In this document: piece by piece, positions 1 through 9,060 of the stretch
How positions within the stretch are numbered: the stretch's first letter is position 1
Layout of the letters: each line of letters begins with the position of its first letter
Origin: Anaerolineales bacterium
GTDB lineage: Bacteria > Chloroflexota > Anaerolineae > Anaerolineales > RBG-16-64-43
Direction: 5' to 3'
Length of the DNA: 64,000 bases
Assembly: GCA_016932475.1 (NCBI GenBank)
Contig: JAFGCU010000121.1
Coordinates: 1,474-65,473, forward strand
The notes under the pieces: generated by a model
Seen by the model: the letters and a program-made list of their open reading frames with translations, nothing else
What the model was told of the DNA's origin: nothing
Database searches by the model: none
Position numbers and translations under genes: made by a program

Positions 1-734
1 GAAGATCGAAAGATGGTGTTTCCTGGCATGGGTTCGGATGGCGCGCTGTTTGACCAGGTGCGGCGGCGGAACGGGCCGGCCGGCGAGGATCCACCGGACA
101 AGAATTCTCGCATCCCGGAAAAACGGGAAAACCGGCGTGCGCTTAATCATCGATTTCATCGTTTCACCGGACCGCCGCGCATACGAAACCTCAGTCATGG
201 ATGAATTTCTTTTTTTGTAACAGCTTAGGCCGTTATTTTCACGGATTATTTTCAACGTCGCGTCACACGCGTTCTTGGTGTTGCCCGTCACCCCGGCGTG
301 CCCGAAGCCGGGGGCCAGTGTTTTTCGGCGATTCCATGGATGCCGGCCAAGTCCACCCTCGCTTTGCATTCATCCCGGCTCATGAACCAGGAGCGAGCCG
401 GGATGCGTCCCCCGCTCGCGTAAACTTCGCACCGGGAAACCGCCGGCGCTCATCGCTCGGAGAGCAGGCGTCGGCATGATGATCGCCGGCTGAGCAGTTG
501 CCTTTTTTTATATCCTTGCGGATGGCAAACAGCATCCCGGCAAGCATTTTACTAGAATGTCCCCAAAGAAGAAATCATCATCCATTTTGCAGCGGTAATG
601 GCAACGGCATATCCTCCATAACTTCCCCAAATTTCCATTATTTTTCCTGCATATTCTTCATGTATTGTTTGCGTAGAAAATAAATCCCGGGGCGCCGATC
701 CACATAGGCATTTCCATGCATCGGAAGGTGAATT

Positions 735-1388
735 ATGACAAGGATCCACAGACGCCAATTTATTACTGCGGCGGGCATCAGCCTGGGCGCGACGGCGCTC
801 ACTTGCGCCGGGTTGGGGTATCTTGCCGTCCGAACGCCGGCCCAAACGGTGAATTTTTACGAACACATGGAAGAGGGAGAGTATAAAAACGATATGAAGC
901 GCAAAGTGCTTATTGCGTACGCATCCAAGCTCGGATCCACCGGCGAGGTGGCCCAAGCCATCGGCGAACAGCTGACGGCCAGGGGGTTTGTTGCGGATGT
1001 GCTGAGGGTCGGCGATGTGAAGGACGTCGCTCCATACAACTCCTTCCTCCTGGGGAGCGCGGTGCGCATGGGGCGCTGGCTGCCCGAGGCCGTCGGCTTC
1101 CTCGAACAAAATGCCGGCTCGTTTGCGGGAAAATCCGTTTTTTACTTTTCCGTGTGCATGACGATGCGGGAGGATACGCCGGAGAATCGCAGCCGCGCGC
1201 TGCCCATGACAAACGCCGCGCGCGCCATCCGGGAACCCAACGCGGAAGAATTCTTCGGCGGGCGGATGGATTACAGCAAACTCCCGTTCCTCGAGCAGGC
1301 AATCCTTCGCGCGAAGAAAATCCCGGAAGGCGACTTCCACGATTGGGATGCCATCCGGGCCTGGGCGGGAAAATTGCCGAACCGATAG
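735..1388 (+). CDS. Flavodoxin-like fold protein with twin-arginine (Tat) signal peptide
   Basis: 217-aa ORF. The N-terminus MTRIHRRQFITAAGISLGATALTCAG is RRxF plus a hydrophobic Tat-type signal. KVLIAYASKLGSTGEVA resembles the flavodoxin FMN-phosphate loop. GGAAGG lies upstream of the ATG. Paralog of 37715-38362. Confidence 0.8.
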   Translation: MTRIHRRQFITAAGISLGATALTCAGLGYLAVRTPAQTVNFYEHMEEGEYKNDMKRKVLIAYASKLGSTGEVAQAIGEQLTARGFVADVLRVGDVKDVAPYNSFLLGSAVRMGRWLPEAVGFLEQNAGSFAGKSVFYFSVCMTMREDTPENRSRALPMTNAARAIREPNAEEFFGGRMDYSKLPFLEQAILRAKKIPEGDFHDWDAIRAWAGKLPNR

Positions 1389-1468
1389 GATCCCGGAGCA
1401 GGTCATTCCAGGAGAGGGGAGATTTTCTGCCAAATGAAAACGGGAGGGGGGAACCGGGCCGGCGTATT

Positions 1469-2107
1469 TCAGACGCCGTGGATTTCCTGCAACGCCGCCG
1501 CCAGCACGTCGCAGAAGTCATACCCCGCTTTGGGCGGCCTGCCCTCGAGGCCTTCGAGCATCTTCCGCAGGTTCGGCGGCAATTCGATGTGGTAGCCGAT
1601 CCACCGCGCCCCGGAGATCGTCACCGTGGCGCTGGCTTTGTAGTAGATCGTTTCGTAATCCCCGCCGACGGTGAATTTCCGCAGCGCGTCGTTTCCCCGG
1701 AACGACGCACTCAGCTTTTCCGCCAGCGCCTTGGAGAATCCGGCGGCCTCGCCCGGGCCGGAGGATATCTCGATATTGCTGCGGGCCTTCTTCCCGTTGT
1801 GCCCGTGGATTTCCACCAGCACCTTCGGGTTCCATGCCGCGATCTGCATCGAATAGTCGCTGCGGAAGAATTTGTTCGAGTCGATGGGATAGTTGCAGGC
1901 GATCACGCAGCAGCAGCGCAGCTGCTCGGCCAGGTACCGCCCGATGAACCCGGAATTCTCGTCCGCTTCCTGGTGTTCGAGGCAGGGCAGCGTTTCTTTT
2001 CCCGCCGGCGCATGGTGCGGAACTGCGACGACAATGCTCTTCTTGGGGCGGTCCTTGATCAACAGGAGCGACAGGTCGGTGATCTCGAGCAGTGCTTCCT
2101 CGTCCAT
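1469..2107 (-). CDS. Hypothetical protein, weakly N-formylglutamate amidohydrolase-like
   Basis: The ORF track gives 1469-2128. I place the start at the internal ATG (MDEEALLE) because GGCGGAGGG sits 6 nt upstream and the track start is a TTG. The motifs VAVPHH, IDSNKFF and VEIHGH loosely recall the FGase fold. Function is uncertain. Confidence 0.55.
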   Translation of the reverse strand: MDEEALLEITDLSLLLIKDRPKKSIVVAVPHHAPAGKETLPCLEHQEADENSGFIGRYLAEQLRCCCVIACNYPIDSNKFFRSDYSMQIAAWNPKVLVEIHGHNGKKARSNIEISSGPGEAAGFSKALAEKLSASFRGNDALRKFTVGGDYETIYYKASATVTISGARWIGYHIELPPNLRKMLEGLEGRPPKAGYDFCDVLAAALQEIHGV

Positions 2108-2222
2108 GGAGCCCTCCGCCTTCCGCAATCCGAACGCCCTTCGGGGCCGGTATTGTACTCGAATTGAATCCCGCGGGCCTTGCGCTCCGTCCGCGCCGGA
2201 AGGAGTACGCCGGCGGATTTCG

Positions 2223-2651
2223 TCAACCGGCCTTCGGCGGCTGTTTTCCCAGCGCGGTCAACACCGCCATCGCCCGCATGCGATCCTCCCACGGCACGAA
2301 TAAATGATCGTGATAATACCCGGAAACGGGGTTCACGCTGATCCCCTCCCGCGCCAGCGCGGATGTGATTGCCGCGAGGAATCCCACCGCATGCAGCGAG
2401 GAGTGCACCATCAGCGTGATGCAGCCCCACGCATCCCCGGCCGGCCAGCCCGCGTTCCGGGCCTGGGTTTGCGTGGCAATCACCGTCACGCCCTCCGATT
2501 CGCAAAACGTGCCCATCGGGATGAAGGCCAGGCCCGCAAGCGCCTGGCGCGGAATGGAGGCGAAAACAAACGGCCGGCCGATGAGGGCCGGATGCATCGA
2601 CTGCAGCAATGCGGAAAGGTCGGATACGCCGCTGGGATCGGATTGGGTCAT
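2223..2651 (-). CDS. ACT domain-containing protein (small ACT_7/DUF2241-like)
   Basis: 142 aa. The N-terminus LSALLQSMHPALIGRPFVFASIP and the C-terminus ISVNPVSGYYHDHLFVP are typical of the small stand-alone ACT family. GGAGAG SD lies 8 nt upstream. Confidence 0.7.
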   Translation of the reverse strand: MTQSDPSGVSDLSALLQSMHPALIGRPFVFASIPRQALAGLAFIPMGTFCESEGVTVIATQTQARNAGWPAGDAWGCITLMVHSSLHAVGFLAAITSALAREGISVNPVSGYYHDHLFVPWEDRMRAMAVLTALGKQPPKAG

Positions 2652-3152
2652 ACGGAATCTCTCCGGATTTTCCTAATAATACCCGGTACGGCATGCCGGC
2701 CGCGGAAAATGCCGCCTGGTGCCTTTGCGAGCGCCCCCTTCTCTTCACTCAGGGCAGGCTCCGGGAGCGAGGGCCTTCCCGGTGATCTTCCAGGGCACTC
2801 TCCTTCTTCCCGTCGAAAACCGGAGATTGCCCCGACCAATCACCGGACAGGCTTCGACGCTTCCTCCCGGAGCCTGCCCAGAACGCCCGCCCCCGCGTAG
2901 AGCGCAGGTTGGATTTGTTATGGCATCCTGCGCAATTGTAAAGCGAGGGGAGCATCCCCGCCCGGTTTTGTTCCTTGGAGCAGGGATGAATGCGCAGCGG
3001 GGGAGCGACGGGCATCGGCGGATTTCCGATGCGAAAAATACACCAGCGGGAGTACGAAGGGGCCGTCCGCCGGCATTGGGATGGCGGCCGTTCCGGTTTG
3101 ACACCGTTTCCCGCCAAGGTTATATTGTAGTGGAAGGCGCGTTGCGCCGGGA

Positions 3153-3503
3153 ATGACCATGCCCGATACCAAAACCATCGACCGCGTCGCCATCATCACC
3201 CTCCAGGGCGGGACCGCCGACGCCCTCATCCGCCGCCTGACGGAAACGGGATTCCAGGTCACCGTCATCGAGAGCCGCGGCGGGTTCATCATGGAGCCCG
3301 CCTCCACCCTGCTGATCGGGTTTTCCAGCGCCGATCAGGAAACGCTCCTGAAACACACCCGTGAACTGTGCGCCACCCGCAAGCGCCTGATCCCGGTCCA
3401 GCCCGACGGATCGTTGCTGCCCGCGCTGCCGCTGATGATCGAAGCCGAGGTCGGCGGCGCATCGGTGATCGCATTTCCCGTCGAACGATTCATCCCGCTC
3501 TAA
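3153..3503 (+). CDS. PII-like cyclic-di-AMP receptor family protein (DarA/PstA, DUF970-like), full-length type
   Basis: 116 aa. It carries ESRGGFIMEPASTLLIGF and the C-terminal EAEVGGASVIAFPVERF, which parallel B. subtilis DarA TTGGFLKSGNTTFMIG and VEVGGATVFVLPVDEF. Confidence 0.7.
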   Translation: MTMPDTKTIDRVAIITLQGGTADALIRRLTETGFQVTVIESRGGFIMEPASTLLIGFSSADQETLLKHTRELCATRKRLIPVQPDGSLLPALPLMIEAEVGGASVIAFPVERFIPL

Positions 3504-3515
3504 GAGGCTCCCGCG

Positions 3516-3779
3516 ATGAAACTCCTCATTGCCGTGATCCGCGATGTCGACGATACGGCGCTCACCGAGCGCCTGACCGAGCGGGGATTCCGCTTCACCC
3601 GGATGGCCTCCACCGGCGGCTTCCTGCGCAAGGGCAACGTCACCCTCCTGATCGGCCTGCCGCAGGAAAAGGTCGACGAGGCGGTGGACATCTTCCGCCA
3701 GACCTGCTGCCCGGCCGAAGCCGGGCGCAATCGGGCGGTCCTCTTCGTCGTCGATTCGCCGGTCTTCGAACAGATTTAA
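3516..3779 (+). CDS. PII-like cyclic-di-AMP receptor family protein, short variant
   Basis: 87 aa. MKLLIAVIRDVDDTALTERLTERGFRFTRMASTGGFLRKGNVTLLIG aligns well with the DarA N-terminal half. The long loop segment before the last strand is missing. AGAGG SD is present. Confidence 0.7.
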   Translation: MKLLIAVIRDVDDTALTERLTERGFRFTRMASTGGFLRKGNVTLLIGLPQEKVDEAVDIFRQTCCPAEAGRNRAVLFVVDSPVFEQI

Positions 3780-3854
3780 TCCCGCCCGGCCCCCGCCCCT
3801 CAATGCCATTCAAGACCGCCATCCGGGATTCGGATTTTATTGGCGCTGCACGGC

Positions 3855-5264
3855 ATGCATCGCGCCGTGCCTGTCGGACGGCATGGGCCGGCATTTCCTG
3901 AAAGAATTATCGTGGCCGATCATACTGCGACTCCCATCCCGCCCTCCCCCATTCTCCCGCCGGCGGACCGGTTATCCCAACTGCGCAGCGAAGCCGCGCT
4001 GATCAGCGCCGGCGGGCACTGGGTCGGGGAACTCTCCCAGGCGGTCCAGAGAAACCTGCGCTGGTTCTGGTTCGACGGCGCCTTCGCGCTCGGGATCGAT
4101 TCCATCGTCAACACCTATCTCGTATTGTATGCGGTCGCGCTCGGCGCTTCGAGCGCGCAGATCGGCCTACTGGGCGCGCTTTCCGGACTCGGCGCGGCGC
4201 TGACCCTCCTTCCGGGCGCGCTGCTGGTCGAGCGGATCGGCCGCCGCAAGGAGATCACCCTGGCCGCGGGCGGCGCGGTCGGCCGGATCATGATCCTGCT
4301 GCTGGTGCTGCTTCCGTTCGCGCTTCAGGGACAGACGGCGGTTTACCTGTTTATCGGCCTGGTGGTGGTGAGGGATGCGTTCGGCAGCCTCTCGCTGCCC
4401 GCCTGGACATCCCTCGCGGCCGATATCGTGCCCCTTGGCCAGCGCGGGCGCTACTTCGCTTCGCGCAACATCGCCATGACGATCACCGGCATGGTCACCG
4501 CATTCCTGGCCGGGGTGATCATCAACCAGAGCGGCTCGCCATCCGGGTATCAGTGGGCGTTCCTGATGGCGTTCGGGTGCGGAGCCGCATCGTGGTTTTG
4601 CTTTTCCCGGATCAAGGATCCTGTGCCTCGGCCGCCGCCGCGCCCGGCCCGCGCCGGCTCCGCGCCGTTGTTGGGCGGCATCTTCGCCCATAAACCGTTT
4701 CTCGCGCTTTGCGTGCACAGCGCGGTGTGGAATTTCGCGCTGAACGTCGCCGGCCCGTTCTTCAATATTTATCTGGTCCACGATCTGCGGGCCACCATGA
4801 TCCAAGTCGGGATCCTCACCGCCGCGACAAGCCTCGCTAGCCTGCCCGCGCTGCGGGTCTTCGGCCCGCTGTCCGACCGCTGGGGTCCGCGCCGGATCAT
4901 CCTGATCACCAGCCTGCTCATCCCGATCCTGCCCATCGCCTGGATCTTCGTCCCCTCGCCGTGGTACGTCCTGGCGATCAACCTTGCCTCGGGCGTGCTG
5001 TGGTCCGGGTTCAGCATGTGCGTCCTCAACCTGCTGCTGCAAATCTCGCCGGAGGCCGAGCGCGCGCGCTTCACCGCCGTGCACCAGATCATCGTCGCTG
5101 TCTCGCTCGCCCTCGGGGCGGCCTTCGGCGGCTGGGTAGTGACGGCCTTCGGGTATAAGGCGGTGTTCGCCATATCCGGAATCGGCCGCCTGGTCGCCGC
5201 GCTTATTTTTGCAAGATACGTTACGGAGAGACCTCAGGAATCGGCGGCTCCCGCCCATGGATAA
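3855..5264 (+). CDS. MFS transporter
   Basis: About 12 predicted hydrophobic helices, plus the loop motif LVERIGRRKEITL. The track start at 3840 is a TTG; the first in-frame ATG is 3855. The start is uncertain. Confidence 0.8.
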   Translation: MHRAVPVGRHGPAFPERIIVADHTATPIPPSPILPPADRLSQLRSEAALISAGGHWVGELSQAVQRNLRWFWFDGAFALGIDSIVNTYLVLYAVALGASSAQIGLLGALSGLGAALTLLPGALLVERIGRRKEITLAAGGAVGRIMILLLVLLPFALQGQTAVYLFIGLVVVRDAFGSLSLPAWTSLAADIVPLGQRGRYFASRNIAMTITGMVTAFLAGVIINQSGSPSGYQWAFLMAFGCGAASWFCFSRIKDPVPRPPPRPARAGSAPLLGGIFAHKPFLALCVHSAVWNFALNVAGPFFNIYLVHDLRATMIQVGILTAATSLASLPALRVFGPLSDRWGPRRIILITSLLIPILPIAWIFVPSPWYVLAINLASGVLWSGFSMCVLNLLLQISPEAERARFTAVHQIIVAVSLALGAAFGGWVVTAFGYKAVFAISGIGRLVAALIFARYVTERPQESAAPAHG

Positions 5265-5513
5265 ACCGGCGAAGCATGCCGGCAACAAGGATCCGGCCGC
5301 CATGGCATCGCGAGCCTGCCCCGGTGGTCGGTCCGGGGGAGGATCAGGCGCCGCGTTTTTGGCGCCGGGACGGCATGGCGATCTCCGAATTACGCACAGG
5401 CGGATTGCCCCGTCGTGTGAGCGGCGAAAAAATCCGCCTCCCACACTGCCCGCCACGACATGGTTATCTCTCCATGGTCGCAAAGACTATTCGTTGTTTT
5501 TTCAGGAACAGGC

Positions 5514-6425
5514 CTACCGCACCGGTGAAATAATCAGGAAATAAACCGCCGCCGCAATCGCGGCAAGGATCACCGCCGAAACCGCCAGTACCGCGAGCGC
5601 CCCCGGCCTGGCCGCCTTCTCCCGTTTCGCCGGGATCCGCAGCGCGACGATCGTGATGTTGTCGTGCCCGCCGCGCGACCGGGCCAGCTCGATCAGCTCG
5701 CCGACCGTGCGCTCGAGCTTACGGTGCCGCAGCGCGCGGCCGATCTCCTCTTCCTTGACCAGATCGCTCAATCCATCCGAACAGAGAACCAGCGCGTCGC
5801 CGTCCTCGAGCGTCATCCCCTGGTGTTCGACGCTCCCGGGTGCTTCGTCGTCTTCTTCCAGGCGCAGGCGTTGGTCCGGTTCCGGATCCTCCTTGCCGCC
5901 CAGATGCCGCCGCAGGACGTGCGCGTTCGGGTGAATCCGGGCTTGGGCGGGCGTCAGCAGCTTATGTTCCACCGCGTCCTGGACCCAGGTGTGATCGATG
6001 CTGGCCTGGAAGGTCCTTCCGCCCCGGCGCATGTAGATCCGGCTGTCCCCGACGGTGACGGTATACAGGCGCCGCCCGACCAGCCAGGCGCCGGCCAGCG
6101 TGGTCGCCATCCCCTGCAATTCAGGATCCTGCCGGGCACGATCGAACACCGCCCGTCCGGCGCGCACCACCAGCTGCGGCAGAACTTTCGCCGGATTTGC
6201 GCACGGGTCCGCCTGCGCTTCGCGCGCGATCTCATCCACCACCATTTGCGAGGCGACCTCGCCGGCGGCGTGCCCGCCCACCCCGTCGGCCACCAGCGCC
6301 AGTACGCCCGGCGCGTCTTTGCAATCCAGCGGGATGACCGCATACCGGTCCTCGTTGTTGGTGCGAACCCGCCCGACGTTTGAATCCGCCGCCACTTCCG
6401 GTCGCGGTTCAGGCATCCTTTGCAT
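5514..6425 (-). CDS. PP2C-family Ser/Thr protein phosphatase with C-terminal membrane anchor
   Basis: Motifs RTNNEDRY, VADGVGGHAAGEVAS, LCSDGLSD and GGHDNITIV. The C-terminus ALAVLAVSAVILAAIAAAVYFLII is a TM helix. AAGGAG SD lies 7 nt upstream. The start overlaps the upstream FHA gene by 17 nt. Confidence 0.9.
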   Translation of the reverse strand: MQRMPEPRPEVAADSNVGRVRTNNEDRYAVIPLDCKDAPGVLALVADGVGGHAAGEVASQMVVDEIAREAQADPCANPAKVLPQLVVRAGRAVFDRARQDPELQGMATTLAGAWLVGRRLYTVTVGDSRIYMRRGGRTFQASIDHTWVQDAVEHKLLTPAQARIHPNAHVLRRHLGGKEDPEPDQRLRLEEDDEAPGSVEHQGMTLEDGDALVLCSDGLSDLVKEEEIGRALRHRKLERTVGELIELARSRGGHDNITIVALRIPAKREKAARPGALAVLAVSAVILAAIAAAVYFLIISPVR

Positions 6426-8268
6426 CGAGAGTCTCCTTTTCAGGTGCGCACGGGATCAACCGCACGCGGAATGCGGCCCGTCCAAAATTCAACCGGTCCC
6501 CTTCCCGCAGCGAAGCGCCTTCCGGCGGGATTTCTTCGAAGTTCTTCCATGTACCGGCGGTCGAGCCCAGATCGAACACCCACGGGCGGCCGTCGCCCAT
6601 CCGCACGATCCGACCGTGGCGCGCGGATACCGACCGGTCCGCAAGGACGATCCCGGCCGATTGCGGATCGCGGCCGACGATCACGTCCGGCGCCTTGATC
6701 TCGATTTTACCCTCGACTTCGCCGAGCGTTTCCAATACGGCATAAACCTCCGCCGGCGGTTCGGGCGGGGGTGGAATGACGCGCCTGAATTTGCGCGTCC
6801 AGTTTTTCCACTCCCCGGCCGGCCCATCCGTTGCGGATGGTTCGATTGGAAAAACCAGATCGCCGGCGGTCCGGGCCGCGCGCACTCGGTTCAGATTCAC
6901 CATCGCCGCGACCAACACCCCGGCTGCGGCGACGACCGCCAGCAGAATCGCCGCCGGAAGCATGTATTTCGACCGGAAGATCTCCCAAAAGGAAGGGCGC
7001 GCGACGGTCAGCGACACCTCCCGCTCCGCCGATTGGCCCTCCAATCCCAATTCATCCAGGACCACCATCCGCATGGATATGGACGCGCTTTCGGCGTACG
7101 GTCGCAGGTCCCAGCGGATCCCTTCGCACGCGGAGGCGCATTCACCCACCAGTTCATCATCAGCAAAGAGCCGCATCGAGGCGATCCCGCGCGGGTGCCC
7201 GTCGGGGAAGGTCACCGCGGTTCGCAGTTCGATCGAATCCGGAAGGTACGCCTCCACCGGCTGCGAGACGTCGCTCCCTTTGCGCGTCAGCCGCTCCGGA
7301 AAATCGATCCAGGCCACGCCGGGCGGCTGGATCGCGACGGAGAATCGGAGCGGCGCCGTCTCGGCCGTCAGGTCCGCGCGCGCGATGGCGGCGGTCAGGG
7401 CATGCTCGCCGGAGGCGGCGATCGCCGAGCGGTATTCCACGCGGTACTGGGTGCGCTGGGTGGCGATCATCCCCAGCACCGCCGCGGTGCCGGTCGCGCT
7501 TTCGAGCGCAACGGAGTATCCGCCGCACTCGGCCGCGAGCGCCGCGAACGCGTCCATATCCGGCTTGGCGGAGGGTTCCGCGCGCCCGGACCAGATCCCG
7601 AACAGCGTGGCATGCAACTCCAGCGCGCGCGGGCACAATCCCCGGCCGATATTTCCGCTTTGGGCGAGTTTGGACGCGGAAAATACGATCAGGTGCGCGC
7701 GCATCCCCGGGCGCGGCATCGGATCGGCGGCCGCGTCAAGCGCATCCACCAGCAGCGCATCCAGGGTCCGCGCCGAAGGAAGTTTCGGCGTATACGCTTT
7801 CAGGCTTTCGAGAAATGCTTCCGGGTCTGATGTGTGGGAGACGGCGAAGCCCTCCGGCGTGATGAGCGTCAGGTCGTCCATCCCGTTTTGCGGAAAGGTC
7901 CCCAGCCAGTCGGTCATCGCGCGGCGAAGGCGCTGGATGCGGGTTTCGCCGTCCGGAAGCTTGTAGGTAATATCCAGGCCGGGGTCGATCACCACGACCA
8001 GTCGCAGGCCGGTTTGTTCCTCAGTCAGGACGACTTGCCGCGCGGGGGCATCATCTTCCATTAATATAAGCTCGCCCGCCGTAAGGCCCGCCAGCCGCCC
8101 GCCCAGCGGATTCGAAACGGAAAGATATGTATGGATTTGCGGAAATTGGGAATGGTCGATATCAAATAAAAAGGCCGCGTCCCCCTCCGCGCCGGCGGCG
8201 GATCGGAGCGGCAGGAATGAAGCGATCGCAATCAATAAGCAAACAGCCGGCAGGCGGATGCGGGTCAC
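6409..8268 (-). CDS. Membrane protein: signal peptide, vWA-like (MIDAS-less) ectodomain, TM helix, C-terminal FHA domain
   Basis: GTG start. Signal peptide LPAVCLLIAIASFLPLRSAAG. LRLVVVIDPGLD...AHLIVFSAS has a vWA-like strand pattern without DxSxS. TM helix MLPAAILLAVVAAAGVLVAAMV. FHA motifs VIVGRDPQS..SVSARHGRIV..FDLGSTAGTW. Confidence 0.85.
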   Translation of the reverse strand: MTRIRLPAVCLLIAIASFLPLRSAAGAEGDAAFLFDIDHSQFPQIHTYLSVSNPLGGRLAGLTAGELILMEDDAPARQVVLTEEQTGLRLVVVIDPGLDITYKLPDGETRIQRLRRAMTDWLGTFPQNGMDDLTLITPEGFAVSHTSDPEAFLESLKAYTPKLPSARTLDALLVDALDAAADPMPRPGMRAHLIVFSASKLAQSGNIGRGLCPRALELHATLFGIWSGRAEPSAKPDMDAFAALAAECGGYSVALESATGTAAVLGMIATQRTQYRVEYRSAIAASGEHALTAAIARADLTAETAPLRFSVAIQPPGVAWIDFPERLTRKGSDVSQPVEAYLPDSIELRTAVTFPDGHPRGIASMRLFADDELVGECASACEGIRWDLRPYAESASISMRMVVLDELGLEGQSAEREVSLTVARPSFWEIFRSKYMLPAAILLAVVAAAGVLVAAMVNLNRVRAARTAGDLVFPIEPSATDGPAGEWKNWTRKFRRVIPPPPEPPAEVYAVLETLGEVEGKIEIKAPDVIVGRDPQSAGIVLADRSVSARHGRIVRMGDGRPWVFDLGSTAGTWKNFEEIPPEGASLREGDRLNFGRAAFRVRLIPCAPEKETLDAKDA

Positions 8269-8286
8269 AGGGGGATTCTACCGCAC

Positions 8287-8379
8287 TGACCCCCGCTTAT
8301 TCCTCCCCCGTTAGCGCTAGAAGTGTATTTTTTTCTCTCGCTCTTCAAGCGCTAACGGGGGAGGGAAGGGAGGGGGTCA
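8287..8379. repeat. Nested palindromic intergenic element (CCTCCCCCGTTAGCG family), copy 1
   Basis: Arms CCTCCCCCGTTAGCGCT (8302-8318) and AGCGCTAACGGGGGAGG (8348-8364). Outer arms TGACCCCC / GGGGGTCA. It lies between the RR stop and the FHA gene start. Confidence 0.7.
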
Positions 8380-9060
8380 CGGCCCCAGTCGGTACCCCGC
8401 GCCGCGCACGGCCAGCACGCGGGCGGGCTTGGCGGGATCTGCCTCGATTTTCTGCCGCAGCAGCCAGACGTAGCGCCGCACAGCCGAAGAATCCACCGGC
8501 CGTTCGCTGCCCCAGATTTCCTGGCGCAGTTCATCCTCGGTCGCGACGCTGCCCTGCTTGCGGATGAGAATCTCAAGCATCCGGAACTCGGTCGGGGTAA
8601 GCAGGATCGGCTTCCCGCCGCACCACACCTGGCGTTTGCCGAGGTCCATGCGCAGTTCGTTCCAGGCAAGGTTCTTTTCAGCCTCGGCGCCGGTCTTGCG
8701 GCTGCGGGCCAGCACCGCCTGCAGCCGGGCGGCAAGTTCGGCCAGGCTGAACGGCTTGGCAAGATAATCGTCGATCCCCAGCCGGAACCCGCGCAATTTA
8801 TCCTCCTGCGACGTGCGCGCGGACACCAGCAGGATCGGCGCATCGGAGAGCTCGCGCAGCCGCGCGCACACTTCCCACCCGTCCATGCCCGGCATCATCA
8901 GGTCCAGCAGGACGGCGCCGGGCCGCTCGGAATAAAAAAGCTTCAGCGCTTCCGCGCCGGATCCGGCCGCGATCACGCGGTAACCCTCCTGCGCCAGGTA
9001 CTGGGACATAACCTGGCGCAGGGATTCGTCGTCGTCGACCAGGAGTATCGTCTCGCTCAT
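8377..9060 (-). CDS. OmpR-family response regulator
   Basis: The receiver domain has ILLVDDDESL and VLLDLMMPGMDG. The C-terminal winged-helix has LTPTEFRMLEIL...VRGAGYRL. ATGA overlap with the upstream kinase gene. Confidence 0.92.
   Translation of the reverse strand: MSETILLVDDDESLRQVMSQYLAQEGYRVIAAGSGAEALKLFYSERPGAVLLDLMMPGMDGWEVCARLRELSDAPILLVSARTSQEDKLRGFRLGIDDYLAKPFSLAELAARLQAVLARSRKTGAEAEKNLAWNELRMDLGKRQVWCGGKPILLTPTEFRMLEILIRKQGSVATEDELRQEIWGSERPVDSSAVRRYVWLLRQKIEADPAKPARVLAVRGAGYRLGP

Noticed and set aside
1-369. Minus-strand frame open from ATG 369 (or ATG 200/161) to the left edge: ...MKSMIKRTPVFPFFRDARILVRWILAGRPVPPPHLVKQRAIRTHARKHHLSIF. Not in the track because it has no stop in the window.
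   Set aside because: Third-position GC is gene-like, so a gene start leaving the window is possible. I recognise no motif, the start is ambiguous, and an A/T-rich run interrupts the frame. That is too weak to call. The plus-strand ORFs at 13-204, 38-220 and 201-479 look like artefacts.
552-638. 28-codon minus-strand sORF MEIWGSYGGYAVAITAAKWMMISSLGTF with AGGAAA 5 nt upstream. Also the 60-aa ORF 31910-32092 with a TM-like N-terminus and AAAGGGA upstream.
   Set aside because: Both are plausible small membrane peptides. They are supported only by a weak SD in AT-rich spacers, where ATG and SD-like words arise by chance. No conservation evidence is available.
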